64,000 nucleotides of DNA from assembly GCA_045803545.1 (NCBI GenBank), contig JBJMOW010000004.1, positions 512,001 through 576,000 on the forward strand, given 5' to 3'. The DNA is from Gemmatimonadaceae bacterium (GTDB lineage: Bacteria > Gemmatimonadota > Gemmatimonadetes > Gemmatimonadales > Gemmatimonadaceae). Positions 49,081-58,586 of this stretch are shown in pieces (the stretch's first letter is position 1; every line of letters starts with the position of its first letter). The notes beneath the pieces were generated by a model, which did no database searches, was not told the DNA's origin, and saw only the letters and a list, made by a program, of their open reading frames with translations. A program made the position numbers and the translations under genes.

Positions 49081-50298
49081 TTACATGGAAGCATTATTGA
49101 GCGTGGTGATTTGTTGACGGAGATTGTACCACGCGTTCTGCAGCGTCGTCGACGGTCGAGCATTCTGAACCGCGGAATCGACGCGCCGCGCAGCCTCGGC
49201 TAGCGATCTTCCCGCGAGAACAGCCGCGTCGGAGTTTGCGCCGTTGTTTACGATCTGTTCGTAAATGCCGGCGTTATCCGCGAATGCTGACGCGGCAAAC
49301 CACAGATCGACGTCGCCCTGCGAGTACGCGCGTGAAGAGTTGAGGCGACCGACGCCGCTCGTCGAGAGCGTGAGTTCGTTGCGCACTCGCGCGACGAAGT
49401 TCTGAGCATCACGCCGAACTGCTGCCGCCTGTGCGGTTGTAAGAACCGCGCCCGACAATGTTCCGCTGTCTGCGCCGGTCAGGTTGATTCCCAGTACGCG
49501 TGCGGTGCGGCCATCGAGATTGCCGGTGGCGTTTAAACCGCGATCGACCTGGAACTGGAACAACGCGTTGCGTGTGGCGTCGTCCATTTGGCCGTTCAGC
49601 GAGCCTCTGTAGTATCCTTGCTGCGACAGCGCGCGTTGTGCTGCCGACACGCGCTCAGGCGCGGTGTAAATTGTCGATGCTGCGACGCCGGTCATCCGAG
49701 ACCCTCCCCTCAGCGTCACCGCATTCTCGAGCTCGACCGCTAACTGCGTTCCACTCGGCACATTCACGTCGCGCCCTTCGGAGAGAAGATTGCCAAGGGC
49801 AGCGAAGATGTTGTTGGTATTCTGAGATGAGCCAGCCGACGCGATCGCCGCGCCGATTCCTCCGCGCCCGCCAACCAAAACGACGTGACCGTTCGGATCC
49901 GTGTTGATCTGACGGCGCTCCGCTGAATCGGTGCTGGTAAGTTTGCCACGAATGGCGTAGCTCGATCCGTTGGGAAGAGTCAAGCGATTGAAAACGATGT
50001 CGACGACACCGGACTGCTGGCGAGTGGCCGGAGTAACCATGGTGACGAGGCCGCGGAGTTTGCTGCCACTTGGAATTACAGTGTATTCGTCGACGCCGAT
50101 GCTCTCTTCGACGTTCGTATCAAAAGTCTGCCCCGTTTTCACCGTCGACGATTGCAGTGGCGTCGTGGTGCGAACGAAAATCACTGTGCCCGCCGGCAGA
50201 ACGCGCGATTGGGCGACGGCGGCAGTCGAAGCTGCCATGACTGCGATGGCGGCGGCCCATGTCGCTTGTCGCCATTGTGGTAGTAATGTTTTTTGCAT
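49081..50298 (-). CDS. Secreted protein: TrbI/VirB10-like beta domain + peptidoglycan-binding domain + helical tail
   Basis: Signal peptide; LPAGT.I.VR..GQTF..IPSGS..DV.VPSGT; AQRAL..GYY.G..NG.M...TR.AL..FQ...GL..TG.LD. Confidence 0.75.
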   Translation of the reverse strand: MQKTLLPQWRQATWAAAIAVMAASTAAVAQSRVLPAGTVIFVRTTTPLQSSTVKTGQTFDTNVEESIGVDEYTVIPSGSKLRGLVTMVTPATRQQSGVVDIVFNRLTLPNGSSYAIRGKLTSTDSAERRQINTDPNGHVVLVGGRGGIGAAIASAGSSQNTNNIFAALGNLLSEGRDVNVPSGTQLAVELENAVTLRGGSRMTGVAASTIYTAPERVSAAQRALSQQGYYRGSLNGQMDDATRNALFQFQVDRGLNATGNLDGRTARVLGINLTGADSGTLSGAVLTTAQAAAVRRDAQNFVARVRNELTLSTSGVGRLNSSRAYSQGDVDLWFAASAFADNAGIYEQIVNNGANSDAAVLAGRSLAEAARRVDSAVQNARPSTTLQNAWYNLRQQITTLNNASM

Positions 50299-50446
50299 CG
50301 ATCCTCCAGATGAGCTTGCAGGGTTAGCAAGGTTTAGAGGTCAAGACGCGTACCTAAAATCCAATTGTTTTTGCGACGATAAATGACGCGTCGCGCAGTT
50401 ATGGGCGTTGTCGTCGCCCTAGCGACATCATCGCGATATTTCAGAC

Positions 50447-51313
50447 ATGATCGTCCACCTGATCGACGGTACCTACGAGCTGTTCCGCCACTTCTACGGC
50501 CAGCGTAGCTGGAATAAGGGGAAGGACAAACCTTACGGCGCAGTCGCCGGCGTGCTGCATTCCGTTCTCGAGATGATCGAGACCGGCGCGACACACGTCG
50601 GCGTCGCGACCGATCACGTCATCGAGTCGTTCCGCAACGACCTCTGGCCTGATTACAAAACCGGCGAGGGGATCGAGCCCAGTCTTTGGAAGCAGTTCCA
50701 GCCACTCGAGGATGCGCTGGTGGCAATGGGCGTCGCGACCTGGCCAATGGTGGAGCTCGAGGCGGACGATGGCCTCGCGTCAGCGGCGCAGCTCGCTTCC
50801 GAGGATGAGCGCGTCGAGAAAGTCTGCATCTGGGCCAACGACAAGGATCTCGCGCAGTGCGTACGCGGTGATCGCGTGGTCCAGATAATCCGCAAAGGAA
50901 TGCAGATCAGGAACGCTGAAGGTGTCCGCGCCAAATTCGGCGTGCCGCCGGAGCTGGTTGCCGACTATCTCGCCCTGGTCGGTGACGCGCAGGACGGCTA
51001 CCCGGGCGTTCGCGGGATTGGTGCCAGCACCGCGGCGTCGCTGCTCAACAAGTACGGTCCTATCGAGTCGTTCCCCGAAACCATACTCGGCGAAAATCGC
51101 GACAACGCGCTGCTGTTCAAGAATCTGGCGACATTGCGAACCAATGCCCCGCTGTTCACCGATATCGATCAGCTCGAGTGGAAGGGCGCAACGCCCGCTT
51201 TTGCTGAATGGCCCCAGCGGATGGACGACAAACGGATCGAGGCCAGAGCGGCGAACGCACGCGCCAAGGCATCGAAGAAATCGTCCGACGACCCTCAGTC
51301 AATATCGTTCTGA
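50447..51313 (+). CDS. Stand-alone 5'-3' exonuclease / flap endonuclease (PolI N-terminal-like)
   Basis: LIDG, FRNDLWPDYK, EADD, DKDLAQ, LVGD..DG.PGV.GIG. Confidence 0.9.
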   Translation: MIVHLIDGTYELFRHFYGQRSWNKGKDKPYGAVAGVLHSVLEMIETGATHVGVATDHVIESFRNDLWPDYKTGEGIEPSLWKQFQPLEDALVAMGVATWPMVELEADDGLASAAQLASEDERVEKVCIWANDKDLAQCVRGDRVVQIIRKGMQIRNAEGVRAKFGVPPELVADYLALVGDAQDGYPGVRGIGASTAASLLNKYGPIESFPETILGENRDNALLFKNLATLRTNAPLFTDIDQLEWKGATPAFAEWPQRMDDKRIEARAANARAKASKKSSDDPQSISF

Positions 51314-51318
51314 GACCG

Positions 51319-51846
51319 ATGCCCGGTGACTCTCCGTTACGCTGGACTCCCGGTCGACCCAACGCAATGGTTGTCGCCTGCTCCGATGGCCGGCTGCAAG
51401 AAGCCACCGACGTTTTCCTCAGTCGCAAATTCAGAATCAATCGCTACGACCGCTTCTACGTTCCGGGCGGAGCAGGTGCACTTGCCTCGAGCGGAACGGA
51501 CCCGTTGCGAGCGCAGCAGATGTGCGGGGAATGCAAGTACCTGGTGGATCTCCATGCCGTGCGACGCGTAATCCTGCTCTTTCACGGGCCATCTGCCGAA
51601 GGACGCATCGAGGCGGCATGCGCGGATTATCGGCGCAAGCTCCCGTGGGCAAACATCGAGCAGCTGCGTGCGCAACAGGAGGCAGATGCGGTGGATCTGC
51701 TCAATCGCCGTCGAGAATTCGCCAGTGACGCAGGTGTCTTGCTGTTCCGCTGCGAAGTAGATGCAGCCGGCCGAATCTCTTTTGTCAATCTCGACCCCGA
51801 TTCGAAACTCGGCTCGGAAAAAACGTTCCGGGGCGTGGTGAACTGA
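51319..51846 (+). CDS. Beta-carbonic-anhydrase-like protein
   Basis: ACSDGR (CxDxR), VPGG, LLFH..C. Start could lie further upstream. Confidence 0.6.
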   Translation: MPGDSPLRWTPGRPNAMVVACSDGRLQEATDVFLSRKFRINRYDRFYVPGGAGALASSGTDPLRAQQMCGECKYLVDLHAVRRVILLFHGPSAEGRIEAACADYRRKLPWANIEQLRAQQEADAVDLLNRRREFASDAGVLLFRCEVDAAGRISFVNLDPDSKLGSEKTFRGVVN

Positions 51847-51850
51847 CGAA

Positions 51851-53038
51851 GTGCGGATGCGCCGTTATCTAAAGCATCTTACGCGAACGGTCAGATCCAT
51901 CTTTCACCAGGATCCGATCGAAATCCTAACCTACTACGGCTACGGCAATCGCCAGCGCGCTTACGTGCAGGGCCGAGTCCTCGAGGTGCGCAATGTCAGC
52001 ACCAGCACCGACAGCGATTCCGCATTCAGGAATCTGCTGAACACTTATCGACGCGCCGAGGCCGATCCAATCCCGTTTGCCAGTGTCGCCGTAGAGTACG
52101 CAAAGACTACCGTCAAGCTGTCGGCGGATGATGAAGGATTCTTCAGCGGCTGGATCGAACTGAGCGAACCGCTGACCAGCGACGATGAATGGAACGTCTA
52201 CAAGGTCTCCCTGATCGCACCGGTGCATCCCGAGCATTCCACCGCCGACGCGAAAGGTGAAATACTCATTCCCGCCAAAACTGCTCGCTTCGGCGTGATC
52301 AGTGACATCGACGACACCGTCATTCAGTCGCGCGTCTCCAACTTTCTGCAGGCTGCACGGACTGTCATGCTCGGGAACGCCCGCACGCGACTGCCGTTTC
52401 CCGGAGTGGCGGCGTTTTACCGGGCCTTGAGGGGGGGAGCGGGCGGCGATGAAAGGAATCCGATCTACTACGTGTCGAGCAGCCCGTGGAACATCTTCGA
52501 CGTGATCACTGAGTTCATGGAGCTGCAGAAGATTCCGCGGGGTCCGCTCCTGCTGCGCGACTGGGACATCGGCTGGGGACTCCTTTCGTCTTCTCGACAC
52601 CTCCAACACAAAATCGGGCCGATCCGTGATATCATGGGGCAACACCCGGAGCTCGACTTCATTCTCATCGGCGACTCGAGCCAGCATGACCCGGAGATTT
52701 ATCGCCAGATCGTGGGCGAATTCCCGAAGCGAGTGAAGGCGATCTACATCCGCGACGTCACGAGCGGCAGCGCCGAGCGATCGACCAGCGTGAAAAAACT
52801 AGCAGCGGAAGTATTGGCCGCCGGATCAGTGTTGATGCTCGCTGAGGATACTCTCGATGCGGCGCGACATGCAGCCGAACACGGCTGGATCAAGCCTGAA
52901 TCCCTCGCCGAGATTGGCGAGGAGAAAAAGGCGGACGAAGGGCGTGACGATACCAAGGCACCTGCGCCATCGGGTGGCGAGCCAGGTCCCGGCAAGCCGC
53001 CTGTGATTGTCGAGTCACCGAAATCACCGCATGGCTGA
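51851..53038 (+). CDS. App1/DUF2183 family phosphatidate-phosphatase-like (HAD) protein
   Basis: VISDIDDTV, YVSSSPWN, GPLLLRDW, ILIGDS.QHDPEIY. Confidence 0.88.
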   Translation: MRMRRYLKHLTRTVRSIFHQDPIEILTYYGYGNRQRAYVQGRVLEVRNVSTSTDSDSAFRNLLNTYRRAEADPIPFASVAVEYAKTTVKLSADDEGFFSGWIELSEPLTSDDEWNVYKVSLIAPVHPEHSTADAKGEILIPAKTARFGVISDIDDTVIQSRVSNFLQAARTVMLGNARTRLPFPGVAAFYRALRGGAGGDERNPIYYVSSSPWNIFDVITEFMELQKIPRGPLLLRDWDIGWGLLSSSRHLQHKIGPIRDIMGQHPELDFILIGDSSQHDPEIYRQIVGEFPKRVKAIYIRDVTSGSAERSTSVKKLAAEVLAAGSVLMLAEDTLDAARHAAEHGWIKPESLAEIGEEKKADEGRDDTKAPAPSGGEPGPGKPPVIVESPKSPHG

Positions 53039-54292
53039 CTCGAGTCTCATCGCGATCGGTCGGCGATATGTCAGCCGGCGCCAGATCCATTCGACCGGAC
53101 CGTAGCGGAAACGTGAGAGCCATAACGCGCTGAGCGGGATCTGAACTGCGATGATCGCAATTGCGATCGCCATCGCCGTCGCCGGACTGGTCCGCCACCA
53201 CAATCCGAAACCGAACCCATACGACAGCGTGGTGCAGATCAGCGAATGCATCAGGTAATTCGTCAGCGCCATGCGACCCACCGGCGCGAAGGTGGTAATC
53301 CATCGGCGACCATTTATGACCAGCAGGGCAATGGTTGCAGCATAGCCGAGCGCCAGCATCGGGACCCCGACTCCCTGCAGTGCGGTTCCGATCAATCCGC
53401 CGCCGTTTGGTGGTAGATAGTACCAGCGCCTGAAGATCCACGCGGCCGCGACATTCGCCGGCAAGCCAATACACCAGCCGAGAGTTGCCCACTTCACCAG
53501 CAATGGGCGATGGTCGGCCAGCGACGATGTGACTCCAGTGCGCACCGTCCACAGTCCGAGCACGAACATACCGAGCACTTTAGGGAAGCGAACTGTCGCG
53601 AACAGGTCGGCCCAGCGGCCGGAAAGAAAAACCAGGTTGCCGATGAACGCGTCCTTGAGACCGCCGCGTCCGATTCCCTCGAAAAAATGAAGCATCGCTG
53701 CGGGCAGGCCGGAATCCGCTGAGCCGGCGTGCTGCCCGGTCGCAATCCACAGCGTCAGTACGAGCGCGTAGAGCACCGTCGGCGTCGCGAGGAGAATCAG
53801 CGTCCATTTGAGCAGAGCGCGGTCGGACTTTCGCGCAAACCATGGCAGCGTGAAGCCCAGCAGCGCGTAGAGCATCAGGATGTCGCCGGCCCAGATGAAA
53901 AAGGCGTGAATGGCGCCGATCGCCAGCAGAATCCGCAGGCGTCGCCTGAACCTCGGCAACGCTGCGTCACCACCCCGCGACAGTTGGATTCCGAATCCAA
54001 TGCCGAACAGCAGCGAAAAGATCGAGTAGAACTTCTGGTCGATGAATATGTGCTCGAACCAGATTGCGCCACGATCCGCCGTCGTCGTCGCGAGTGCGGC
54101 GACCTGATCTCGCGAAAGGAAGGTCAGTCCGAAAAAGACGATGACGTTGGCGAGGAGAATGCCGCCAACGGCGATCCCGCGTAATACATCAAGCGCGACA
54201 ACCCGTTCAAGCACCGGCATGCTGGCCTGATCGGTCGCGACACCTGGCGTGTATTTGGCTTCGGCGAATCGATAGCCCGGGGGCGACACCAT
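53024..54292 (-). CDS. DUF418/YeiB family membrane protein
   Basis: LDVLRG.A..GILLAN, KFYSIFS.LFG.GF, WAGDIL..YA, GRMALTNYL, GPVEW.WR. Confidence 0.9.
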   Translation of the reverse strand: MVSPPGYRFAEAKYTPGVATDQASMPVLERVVALDVLRGIAVGGILLANVIVFFGLTFLSRDQVAALATTTADRGAIWFEHIFIDQKFYSIFSLLFGIGFGIQLSRGGDAALPRFRRRLRILLAIGAIHAFFIWAGDILMLYALLGFTLPWFARKSDRALLKWTLILLATPTVLYALVLTLWIATGQHAGSADSGLPAAMLHFFEGIGRGGLKDAFIGNLVFLSGRWADLFATVRFPKVLGMFVLGLWTVRTGVTSSLADHRPLLVKWATLGWCIGLPANVAAAWIFRRWYYLPPNGGGLIGTALQGVGVPMLALGYAATIALLVINGRRWITTFAPVGRMALTNYLMHSLICTTLSYGFGFGLWWRTSPATAMAIAIAIIAVQIPLSALWLSRFRYGPVEWIWRRLTYRRPIAMRLESAMR

Positions 54293-54301
54293 TGCTGCCT
54301 C

Positions 54302-54985
54302 CTATGCCGTTGCTCGGCGCCGTGGTGGCGCAACGCCCTTGATGATGAACCAGAACGCCACGGTTATCTCGAAGATGGCGATCGGGATGAACATCAATTG
54401 TGCAGGCGCACCGCGAAGAATGCCAACTGATTCCATTGGCACGCCGACCGCGACGATCGCTGACCCAATCACACCGATCCAGGCTAGCAGCGTCGGAATC
54501 ATGCGCCCGCGGAGGAGTAGGTAGCAGAAGACAGTGCTGCCAACCGCGAATAGAGTGGCGGCAGAGTTCACTTGCCACGATCCCACCTTTAGCAGCAGCG
54601 TGCCGATCGCCGTAGCACTGGCGGGGTCGGGCGCCCCCGGGCCTCTGGCCGTGGCGAGCCAAAGCAATCCATTGGTGTCAATCGCTATTGCGCCCAGGAT
54701 TCCTTCGCCGGCGCGACAGACAAGGCCAAACATCGCAAGCTCGTTGTCCTCGTCGCGCGTGATCCCATACAGGGTTACAGCCAGAGTCAGCGCGCAGAAA
54801 ACGCTGCATAAATCGAGGAACATCATTAGGCGCATGTCGCCGGTATGGCGCGCGACGCTGGCGAGTCGCGCCGGCACATCAGCTCCTTCGGTCACTCGCC
54901 CGAATATCACCATCGACGGGAACGCGACGCCGATGTAGACGAGATATGCGACGCCGGCGATGCGGGCGTTCGTGCTGCGCGTCAT
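54302..54985 (-). CDS. DUF4386 family membrane protein
   Basis: ARIAG..YL, LLRGRMIP, FEI..AFW.I.KGV; ATGA overlap with its paralog. Confidence 0.8.
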   Translation of the reverse strand: MTRSTNARIAGVAYLVYIGVAFPSMVIFGRVTEGADVPARLASVARHTGDMRLMMFLDLCSVFCALTLAVTLYGITRDEDNELAMFGLVCRAGEGILGAIAIDTNGLLWLATARGPGAPDPASATAIGTLLLKVGSWQVNSAATLFAVGSTVFCYLLLRGRMIPTLLAWIGVIGSAIVAVGVPMESVGILRGAPAQLMFIPIAIFEITVAFWFIIKGVAPPRRRATA

Positions 54986-55716
54986 GCTGCCGCCAGATTG
55001 AGCGTCGTCGAGTCCGCGCGTTGTCTCCACCTCTCGACGTTGACGCCTTTGAACAGGAGCCACAGTGTCGTGCAACCCTCGCCCAGGAACGCTACTGGAA
55101 TGACGACCGGAGACAGCATGCTGCCGAGTGTTGGCGAGAGGAGGTAGGTAAGCGAGCTGATGACGTAGAACGACCCACCAACGCCGAGCAGGATTCCAAC
55201 GATTCTGGGGATGAAGCCGGAGCGGGCGATCAGATAGCCGGCGGTGGCGCACTGCAGGCCGAAATACACCATGGAGACTTTAAATCCGAGTCCGAACGCC
55301 ATGATCGCCGAGCGGGCAACTGCCTGCATCTGACTGGCGTCGGCGGCGGAGGCGGTCTGGGCGGACCTGAGAATCGCAATGATGCCGAGGTCGCGAACGG
55401 TCAGCCCCGCTCCGATGGTGATTCCGATGATCCCGCAGGCAGCGGCGAATAGCGCCAGGCTTTTGCTGACCGGTTTCAGCAGCTGGTAGAGCAGCACGGT
55501 GACCCCGACGTAGCAGGCCCCGCCGATAAATTCGTTGACAACGCCGAAACGAAAGGCGAGCTCGGACGCGAGGATGTTGTTGGCAGTCGTAGCCGCGTCC
55601 GGCACGATGATGGTGGGGCCGGCGATGGCAAACGAGCTGATAACGATGACGGCGAGCCAGAGCGCGCCAGCCATTCGCGCGGTGAACTGCGGTGATGCAT
55701 GATTAGAAATCGCCAT
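54982..55716 (-). CDS. DUF4386 family membrane protein
   Basis: ARMAGALWL, DAATTANNI, LYQLLKPV, RSGFIPR, GE....LWLLFKGVN; GGAGA RBS. Confidence 0.82.
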   Translation of the reverse strand: MAISNHASPQFTARMAGALWLAVIVISSFAIAGPTIIVPDAATTANNILASELAFRFGVVNEFIGGACYVGVTVLLYQLLKPVSKSLALFAAACGIIGITIGAGLTVRDLGIIAILRSAQTASAADASQMQAVARSAIMAFGLGFKVSMVYFGLQCATAGYLIARSGFIPRIVGILLGVGGSFYVISSLTYLLSPTLGSMLSPVVIPVAFLGEGCTTLWLLFKGVNVERWRQRADSTTLNLAAA

Positions 55717-55739
55717 ACATTCTCCGGGTGGGTTCTGGG

Positions 55740-55761
55740 GATAACTAAGTTTTCAGTTATC
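55740..55761. promoter_or_regulatory. Palindromic candidate operator
   Basis: GATAACT-N8-AGTTATC, AT-rich within GC-rich DNA, between DUF4386 and blaR/blaI-like genes. Confidence 0.6.
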
Positions 55762-55865
55762 TCTAACGAGCCGAAGCTGGATCAGGTTTCAGGCTCAGCC
55801 GGGCCGAACAACCCCCGGGGGCGGTTCTACGGAAACCGCCGGCCGCCTCGCCCCGTAGGAAAGCC

Positions 55866-56810
55866 ATGCTTTGCATTCTCTACGTCAATGCAGTTGGAGC
55901 TCTCCTGGGGATCGCCGGTATATCCATGGAGCGACTACTGCCGACGACTGCGCCGAGGCGTTGGGTGTGGTGCTTGATCATTCCCGCGTCGATGTTCGTG
56001 CCCGGATTCTATCGGATGCACCACAACTGGATTGTCACTGACGGCGCGGTAGCAACCGATCTCTCGATTGTCGGAGACTTCCGCGGATGGTGGGCACGCA
56101 GCGGAAATTTCGACTCAACGATCAATCGAGTGTGGTGGACGGTTTCTCTGGTGCTACTGATCTGGGGCGTCGTCAACGCATTACGCGTAGCCTTCCTGGT
56201 CGCGATGTCACGGCGGCAAGCCGGAGCGCGCAAAGCACCGGTCGTCGACGGCGTGCCGATCGTCGTCACCGACCAGCTCGGGCCGGCCACTGTTGGCTTG
56301 ATGCGGTCGCGGGTGCTGGTGCCGCGTTGGGTCCTGGCGCTGCCAGGCATGCAGCGGCGATACGTGCTCCGTCATGAAGAGGAGCATCGGCGCGCGCACG
56401 ATGTGCATTTGCTGCTCTTTGCATCGCTACCGCTGCTGTTGATGCCGTGGAACCTCGCGATGTGGTGGCATCTGCGCCGACTCTCCCTCGCAGTGGAGCT
56501 CGATTGCGACAATCGGGTCGTCAACGCGCTGGGGGATGCGCCTGCCTATGGCGAGCTCCTTCTCACAGTTGCGACTGCAGCGAGCAAAACGCCCAGGCTC
56601 CAGCCGGCATTCCTCGGCGGCGCCGGGTCGCTCGAGCGTAGGTTACGGGCGCTCGTATCGCCGGCGCCACTCCGTCGAGCGCAGAAATTTCTGCTGCCAG
56701 TGCTGACGGTGACGCTCCTGTTTATTGTTGTCTGGATGCCGCATCCGATACTCGGGCCCAACTGCAACGCGTCTCACCAACTGGCGTCGACAGGAACCGC
56801 TGGCAGATAA
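55866..56810 (+). CDS. M56-family (BlaR1-like) membrane metallopeptidase without penicillin-binding sensor domain
   Basis: GPA.VG, LRHEEEH (HExxH), PWN...W, ELDCD..V, YGELLL, LERRL. Confidence 0.88.
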   Translation: MLCILYVNAVGALLGIAGISMERLLPTTAPRRWVWCLIIPASMFVPGFYRMHHNWIVTDGAVATDLSIVGDFRGWWARSGNFDSTINRVWWTVSLVLLIWGVVNALRVAFLVAMSRRQAGARKAPVVDGVPIVVTDQLGPATVGLMRSRVLVPRWVLALPGMQRRYVLRHEEEHRRAHDVHLLLFASLPLLLMPWNLAMWWHLRRLSLAVELDCDNRVVNALGDAPAYGELLLTVATAASKTPRLQPAFLGGAGSLERRLRALVSPAPLRRAQKFLLPVLTVTLLFIVVWMPHPILGPNCNASHQLASTGTAGR

Positions 56811-57175
56811 TGGCAGATCTTCATTTAACGCAGCGCGAGCTCGATATCATGGGCGTGCTCTGGGAGCGCGGCGAAGCGACTGTCACCGAAGTCCGCGACG
56901 AGATCGATCCCGATCTCTCCTATACCAGCATCTCGAGCATGATTCGGACGCTCGAGCTCAAGCGCTACGTGTCGCACCGCCGCGGCGAGGGCAAGACGCA
57001 CGTCTACTTCCCGGTGATCGAAGCTGAGAAGGCCGGCGAATCCGTTCTCAAGCGCGTCCTCGAGAAGGTCTACGGCGGATCGCCGATCAAGCTCCTCGCG
57101 CATCTGATGGAGCAAAAGCGCATACCCGAGAAGGAATTGGCGCGGATGAGGGAGATGCTTAAGAAGAAGCGGTAG
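56810..57175 (+). CDS. BlaI/MecI/CopY family repressor
   Basis: LTQRELDIM.VLW.RG..TV.EV, YTSI....R.LE.K.YV, Y.GS...L. Confidence 0.92.
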   Translation: MADLHLTQRELDIMGVLWERGEATVTEVRDEIDPDLSYTSISSMIRTLELKRYVSHRRGEGKTHVYFPVIEAEKAGESVLKRVLEKVYGGSPIKLLAHLMEQKRIPEKELARMREMLKKKR

Positions 57176-57212
57176 GCGGTAGGCGGGCAGCGGGAAGCGA
57201 GAGGCGGGACGA
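57171..57212 (+). repeat. Degenerate G-rich heptamer array at the end of the blaI-like gene
   Basis: GGTAGGC GGTAGGC GGGCAGC GGGAAGC GAGAGGC GGGACGA. Confidence 0.7.
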
Positions 57213-57257
57213 GGACTGCTTGACGCCTCAGCCGGTGAAGGCGACGATGTAGCCGCA

Positions 57258-58586
57258 ATGAGCAAGCGGCTTTTCTTCTGGTCGATTACTTCGGCGCTCG
57301 CCGGATTCCTGTTTGGGTTCGACACCGTGGTTATATCCGGGGCCGAGCAGCGGATTCAGGCGCTATGGTCATTGTCAGCCGGCGTTCACGGTGTCGCGCT
57401 TGGCGCGGCGCTCTATGGTACCGTGCTCGGGTCGCTCACTGGTGGGTTTCCCGCCGATCGATTTGGCCGGAAGCCTACCCTGCTCTGGGTTGGGCTTTTC
57501 TACATCGTGTCTGCGCTCGGCTCGGCGATCGCATGGAACGTCGAGGTTTTCATTCTCGCACGATTCCTTGGTGGCGTTGGCATCGGTGTGTCGACAGTCG
57601 TGGCGCCGATGTACATCTCCGAGATCGCGCCGCCCGCGTATCGCGGACGGCTCGCGGGGATGTTCCAGTTCAACATCGTATTCGGCATCGTCGTCGCATT
57701 TCTGTCGAATGCGCTGCTCGCAAGCATCGGTGAGAACGCGTGGCGGTGGATGCTTGGCGTGGCAGCAATTCCGTCGCTCATCTACACACTGATGTGCCTG
57801 GCGATTCCGGAGAGTCCGCGCTGGCTGCTAACGCGAAGGGGTGACCGTCAGCGGGCGCTGGAAGTGATGCAGAAAGCCGAACCGCGGGCGAGTGAGATGG
57901 ATCTCGGTCGAAAAGCCGACGAGATACTTGCCGCCTCCGCGCAGCAAACGAGCTCGCGCGGGTTCTGGACGATGAAGCTGCGTGTACCGATCATGCTCGC
58001 GTTCCTGGTGGCGTTCTTCAACCAGCTCTCGGGAATCAACGCGATTCTCTACTTTGCCCCGCGCATCTTCGAGATGACCGGCCTCGGTGCGCAGGCGGCC
58101 CTGCTCCAGTCTGTCGGCATCGGCATCACCAATCTCATTTTCACTTTCGTCGGGCTGTGGCTGATCGATCGACTGGGCCGACGAACCCTGCTCACCATCG
58201 GATCGTTCGGCTACATCGCATCGCTTGGTCTCTGCGCGTGGGCGTTCTTCACCCATCACTACGCGATCGTGCCGGCGTGCATCTTCGGTTTCATCGCGGC
58301 TCACGCCGTCGGGCAGGGAACTGTGATCTGGGTTTTGATTTCCGAGATCTTCCCAAATCGATATCGCGCAGCGGGCCAGTCCCTCGGCAGCGCGACACAC
58401 TGGATCTTCGCTGCCCTGCTGACGACGTTCTTCCCGGCGGCGGTGAGCATGTTCGCGCCCGGTTACATCTTCTCGTTCTTCTGCTTCATGATGGTACTGC
58501 AGCTGATCTGGGTGCGGACGATGGTGCCTGAGACCAAGGGCGTTCCGCTCGAGGAGATCCAGAAGAAGCTGGGCGTCGCATTGTGA
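57258..58586 (+). CDS. Sugar porter family MFS transporter
   Basis: GFLFGFDT.VISG, DRFGRK, PMYISEIAP..RG, PESPRWL, QLSGINAI.Y, PETKG. Confidence 0.94.
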   Translation: MSKRLFFWSITSALAGFLFGFDTVVISGAEQRIQALWSLSAGVHGVALGAALYGTVLGSLTGGFPADRFGRKPTLLWVGLFYIVSALGSAIAWNVEVFILARFLGGVGIGVSTVVAPMYISEIAPPAYRGRLAGMFQFNIVFGIVVAFLSNALLASIGENAWRWMLGVAAIPSLIYTLMCLAIPESPRWLLTRRGDRQRALEVMQKAEPRASEMDLGRKADEILAASAQQTSSRGFWTMKLRVPIMLAFLVAFFNQLSGINAILYFAPRIFEMTGLGAQAALLQSVGIGITNLIFTFVGLWLIDRLGRRTLLTIGSFGYIASLGLCAWAFFTHHYAIVPACIFGFIAAHAVGQGTVIWVLISEIFPNRYRAAGQSLGSATHWIFAALLTTFFPAAVSMFAPGYIFSFFCFMMVLQLIWVRTMVPETKGVPLEEIQKKLGVAL

